From the NCBI RefSeq assembly GCF_006345805.1, contig NW_021827032.1:1-11256 (forward strand): a stretch of DNA of 11,256 nucleotides, given 5' to 3'. Numbering within the stretch: position 1 is the stretch's first letter; each line of letters opens with the position of its first letter. Of this stretch, positions 7,790 through 11,256 are shown piece by piece. The position numbers and the translations under genes were made by a program. Source of the DNA: Octopus sinensis (Eukaryota). A model generated the notes under the pieces. It was not told the origin of the DNA. It saw only the letters and a list, made by a program, of their open reading frames with translations, and did no database searches.

Positions 7790-8120
7790 ATCGGGTGTGC
7801 ACGTGTGTATGTGTACGTACGTATATATGTGTGTGTAAGGGAGAGTATGCGTGTTTGTGTGTGTGTGAATGCGTGTGTGCGTGTGTGTGTGTGTAATATA
7901 TGCATAAGCATGCATGCGTTTGCCTGCACGCCTGTTCCATCCAGCGCACTGAGCGGGCGAGAGGCAAGGCATTCTCTGTGCGTATGTGTGGGTGTTACTA
8001 TACGCGTGCACGTGTGTGTGTGTGCGTATATGTAAGTATGTGTGTGCGCATGCGTATGTGTGTGGTGTGTGTGTTTGTGTTCGCGCGTGCGTATGAGTGT
8101 GTGTGTGTGTGTGTGTGTGG
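7790..8120. repeat. Degenerate (TG)n/(CG)/(TA) alternating purine-pyrimidine tracts
   Basis: Directly visible; interrupted by unique sequence at ~7915-7975. Confidence 0.9.
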
Positions 8121-8211
8121 TGCATAAACTATATGCGTTGCGTTTTGATGTTGGTTGCGTGTTGTACAGCGACGGCAGAGGGCGTGTTTCGCGCTGGTCA
8201 TACCTCTATTG

Positions 8212-8423
8212 ATGCATATACATACATATATACATAATATATATATATAATATTATATATATATATATATATATGCATTTGCCCTGCCTGCCCTGGGACC
8301 GTACATATATGTATATATGTATGTATGCATGCATATACGTTCCACAGTATATACATACATACATATATACGTATATGTATATATGTAGATATATGTATGT
8401 ACATATAAACATACATATATCTC

Positions 8424-8461
<38 letters not shown>

Positions 8462-8538
8462 GTGTGTTGTGTGTGTGTGTACATATACATATACATATAC
8501 ATAGACTCATACAAGTACACATACACGCACACACACAA
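8212..8538. repeat. Compound (TA)n/(TATG)n/(TG)n microsatellite
   Basis: Directly visible. Confidence 0.93.
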
Positions 8539-8587
8539 CGGCTGTGCATGTGTGAATATGTGTTTGTCCTCTACCGATATATGCGCC

Positions 8588-8663
8588 TTTCTCTTCCTTC
8601 CTCTCCTTTTTTTCCTCTTCCTCCCTCCGTCACTCTCTCTCTCCCTCTCCTCCCTCTCCCCCC

Positions 8664-8700
<37 letters not shown>
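8588..8700. repeat. Polypyrimidine (CT)n tract
   Basis: Directly visible. Confidence 0.95.
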
Positions 8701-8744
8701 GCTTAATTGATTATTTGCATTACTGCCATTTTCAATATCAGAGT

Positions 8745-8865
8745 CTTCGTCGTTGTCGCCGTCCTCCTCATCACCTTCAGCATCATCGTTTTTCTCCTCC
8801 TCCTTCTCCTTTTACTTTCTTCCTCCTCCACTCGCCAATACCATCATCATTGTTTGTTATTACCG

Positions 8866-8902
<37 letters not shown>

Positions 8903-8950
8903 GATTATTATTATTATTATTATTATTGTTGTTGTTGTTGTCATTGTTAT
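8745..8950. repeat. Compound trinucleotide tract (CGT/CCT/CAT, then TAT, then TGT)
   Basis: Directly visible; (TAT)n at about 8871-8927. Confidence 0.92.
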
Positions 8951-9056
8951 TGCTATTAGCTTTGATTTCGTTCATTCGTTTCGTTTGTTTGTCTGTTGTC
9001 GTTGGATATTTTTTTTTTTTGGGTTTTGTTTTGTTTTCTGTTTTATTGTGTTTTTG

Positions 9057-9097
9057 CTTGCTGCTACTACTGCCGCTGCTGCTACTGCCGCTGATGT

Positions 9098-9129
<32 letters not shown>

Positions 9130-9147
9130 TTACTCTTGTTGTTGTTA
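9057..9147. repeat. (GCT)n trinucleotide repeat
   Basis: Degenerate CTG/GCT units followed by (GTT)n. Confidence 0.93.
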
Positions 9148-9279
9148 CTTCACATTTCTGTTCTGGCATCGCACCATTTTCGCGCCAGATTTGAAGAAGC
9201 GAACATACATATCTCGCAGAACGAAGCGAAAAAAAAACAGCCAAACGCGACAAAAGCGAGCCTTAACTAAAACTACATC

Positions 9280-9338
9280 TACACACACAAGCATACATAC
9301 ATACATACACACATACACACATACACACATATACACAT

Positions 9339-9398
<60 letters not shown>

Positions 9399-9425
9399 TT
9401 ATATGTATGTATATGTATGTGTATA
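9280..9425. repeat. Compound (ACAT)/(AC)/(AT)n microsatellite
   Basis: Directly visible. Confidence 0.95.
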
Positions 9426-9622
9426 AAACGGCATTTCTTCCTGCAAACCTGTCATTATTCTACGTGATATCTCGTTCATTATACCTGAAGACGATTCTGG
9501 ATGTGGGTGTATATACTATTTAATTACTTATTTCTTTGATTGTTTTGTATGTATAATAATTTCGTTATCTGTTGTCTAAATGTTTATATCTTTTTGTCGA
9601 TTTCTCATTCGATTTAGCGCAA

Positions 9623-9625
<3 letters not shown>

Positions 9626-9677
<52 letters not shown>

Positions 9678-9730
9678 GATTGTTATTATTATTGTTATTA
9701 TTATTATTGTTATTGTTGTTTTTGTTATTA
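9626..9730. repeat. (TAT)n microsatellite
   Basis: Directly visible. Confidence 0.97.
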
Positions 9731-9731
9731 A

Positions 9732-9935
9732 TTGGCAGAATCGTTAGCGCACCGGTTAAAATGCTTAGCAGCATTTTATCTGTCTTTACGTTCTGAGTTC
9801 AAATTGCGCCGACGTTTACTTTGTCTTTCATGCTTTCGGGGGTCGAGGAATTAAGTACCAGTTGAGTACTAGGGTCTATGTAATCGACTTAGCCCCTCTC
9901 CCAAAATTTCAGGCTTTGTGCCTATAGTAGAAAGG
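9732..9935 (+). mobile_element. Type-A tRNA-derived SINE, near complete
   Basis: tggcagaatcgttagc...aaaatgcttagc...gttctgagttcaaatt (B-box-like)...aattaagtaccagttgag...gtaatcgactt...ccaaaatttcaggctttgtgcctatagtagaaagg, followed by (ATT)n. Confidence 0.9.
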
Positions 9936-9951
9936 ATTACTATTATTATTA

Positions 9952-10011
<60 letters not shown>
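9936..10011. repeat. (ATT)n microsatellite, contiguous with the SINE tail
   Basis: Directly visible. Confidence 0.97.
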
Positions 10012-10012
<1 letters not shown>

Positions 10013-10013
10013 T

Positions 10014-10188
10014 GCAAAATGCTTAGCAATATTTCGTTCATCATCACGTTCTAAGCTCAAATTCCGCTGAGGTCGACTTTGCTTTTTATCCTTCGGGTCG
10101 ATAAAATAAGTACCAGTTGAGCACTGGGGTCGATCTATTCGACTTACTGCCTCCCACGAAACTGCTGGCCTTGTGCCAAAATTTGAAA
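10014..10188 (+). mobile_element. Type-A SINE, slightly 5'-truncated
   Basis: aaaatgcttagc...gaggtcgactttgc...gggtcgataaaataagtaccagttgagcactggggtcgat...ggccttgtgccaaaatttgaaa. Confidence 0.9.
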
Positions 10189-10275
10189 TCATTATTATCA
10201 TCCTCATCATTAGCAGCAGCAGCACCATCACCACCACCATCACCACCAGCATGATCATAATGATCATTATTATTA
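10189..10275. repeat. Compound (CAT/CAG/CAC/TAT)n tract
   Basis: Directly visible. Confidence 0.9.
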
Positions 10276-10276
10276 A

Positions 10277-10478
10277 GACAGCAGGCTGACAAGAGCGTTA
10301 GCATTTCGGCCAAAATGCTTTGTCGCATTTCCTCCGGCTTGTGTTCAAATCCGGCCGAGGCTGTCTTTGCCTCTCAGTACATTCAGAGTTGATACTGGTA
10401 CAACCAATTCAGCACTGGGGGTCGTTGTAATCTAGTACTCTAGTCCCAATTTGCAAAGCTGGTGCTAAAATTTGAAAA
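10277..10478 (+). mobile_element. Type-A SINE, diverged
   Basis: gcgttagcatttcggccaaaatgctt...gttcaaatccggccgagg...cagcactgggggtcgttgtaatc...gtgctaaaatttgaaa. Confidence 0.8.
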
Positions 10479-10482
10479 GCAA

Positions 10483-10589
10483 CCAGCTGGCAGAATCGTT
10501 AGCCTGTTGGGTAAAGATACTTAACGGAATTCTTCCGGTACTTTAGGTTCTGAGATTAAATTCCGGCGAGATTGACTTTGCCATTCATC
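10483..10589 (+). mobile_element. Type-A SINE 5' half
   Basis: agctggcagaatcgttagc...ggttctgagattaaattccggcgagattgactttgccattcatc. Confidence 0.82.
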
Positions 10590-10792
10590 AAAGAAGTAGC
10601 AAGTGACTTTTAAGAATAATAATTTTTTTCTCACATAACTTTAATTGATTTTGTAAATGAACAATCCGGTGTGTTTATATTAATAACCTTTCAATGTTAT
10701 ACAGTGAGATTCATTATCCTAGGTATCGGGAAGACACTCAGCAAGAAATGGAAACAAAATTGAAAGAAAAAACTAATAATAATAATAATAAT

Positions 10793-10994
10793 CTTTCCTA
10801 CTACAAGCACAAGGCCTGATGAAATTTTGGGGGCGAGACTGGCGGTGGTGGTGGGGACTAGTTGATTACATCGGCCCCAGTGTTTCACTGGTACTTATTT
10901 TATCGACTCCGGAAGGATGAAAGGCGGAATCTGGGCTTAGAAGGTAAAGACGGACGAAATACCGCTAAGCATTTTGTTCGGCTAAATAACGATT
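10793..10994 (-). mobile_element. Type-A SINE, inverted relative to the cluster, with (ATT)n tail at 10774-10792
   Basis: Reverse complement reads aatcgtt...aaaatgcttagcggtatttcgtccgtcttt...tcgataaaataagtaccagt...cccccaaaatttca..ggccttgtgc...gtaggaaagattatt. Confidence 0.88.
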
Positions 10995-11256
10995 TTAAGT
11001 CATTTTTTTTTTTTTCCTTTACAAGGTTATCTCTTCATAATCTTTTTAAATTAACTTGTGAATTTTTTTTCTAATATCGGACGTCTGTATTTAATTTTCA
11101 GAAAATTTACAACATATTTTACTGTTCCGGGGCGTTTTTGGCTGATGTGTGCTTTGGTATTTTTTGGTGGGGACAGAGAAGGATTATTGGTTGTGTTGTT
11201 TTCTTTTTTTAATATTCGCCCGAATGAGATACATATCTATGTCATTCAAATCCATG

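Noticed and set aside
5646-7896. Poly-Asp, poly-Val/Met, poly-Pro/His and Ser-Leu ORFs
   Set aside because: Low-complexity products of trinucleotide and (GA)n tracts, with no domain or splice support.
8972-9253. Minus-strand poly-Ala ORF (MPEQKCEVTTTRVTAAVAAAAAA…)
   Set aside because: Poly-Ala derives from (GCA)n and the frame runs into A-rich low complexity. Kept only as part of the possible UTR finding.
10816-10822. Plus-strand CTGATGA hammerhead core
   Set aside because: It arises from a 3-nt insertion in the SINE tail (ggcctgaaatttt), and no hammerhead stems are evident.
11085-11165. Possible small exon (ttttcag| at 11101, |gtattt at 11157)
   Set aside because: Common motifs in T-rich DNA; the open-frame peptide is unrecognisable and has no other support.

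Overview
Eukaryotic, AT-rich, repeat-saturated non-coding DNA with no intact protein-coding, rRNA or tRNA gene that I can support. Nearly all ORFs in the supplied track are translations of microsatellites. The dense microsatellites and the tRNA-derived SINE families resemble octopus/cephalopod genomic DNA; this is inference from recalled repeat sequences, not a search. The window holds: (i) two different decayed restriction-like-endonuclease (RLE, R4/Dong-like) non-LTR retrotransposon 3' remnants (1-328 +, ~2640-3600 -); (ii) about a dozen SINE copies or fragments in three head types, including a head-to-tail cluster set in (TAT)n at 9.7-10.6 kb and an inverted copy at 10.8-11.0 kb; (iii) a 395-bp non-autonomous Helitron with canonical termini (4772-5166); (iv) a hAT/Charlie-like terminal fragment; (v) a ~248-bp local direct duplication; (vi) very large compound microsatellite tracts. 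The most intriguing signal is a degenerate HDV-like ribozyme-shaped segment (3745-3813) that starts almost exactly where a SINE is cut off and precedes ~500 bp of unexplained sequence. It is a candidate, not a demonstrated ribozyme.
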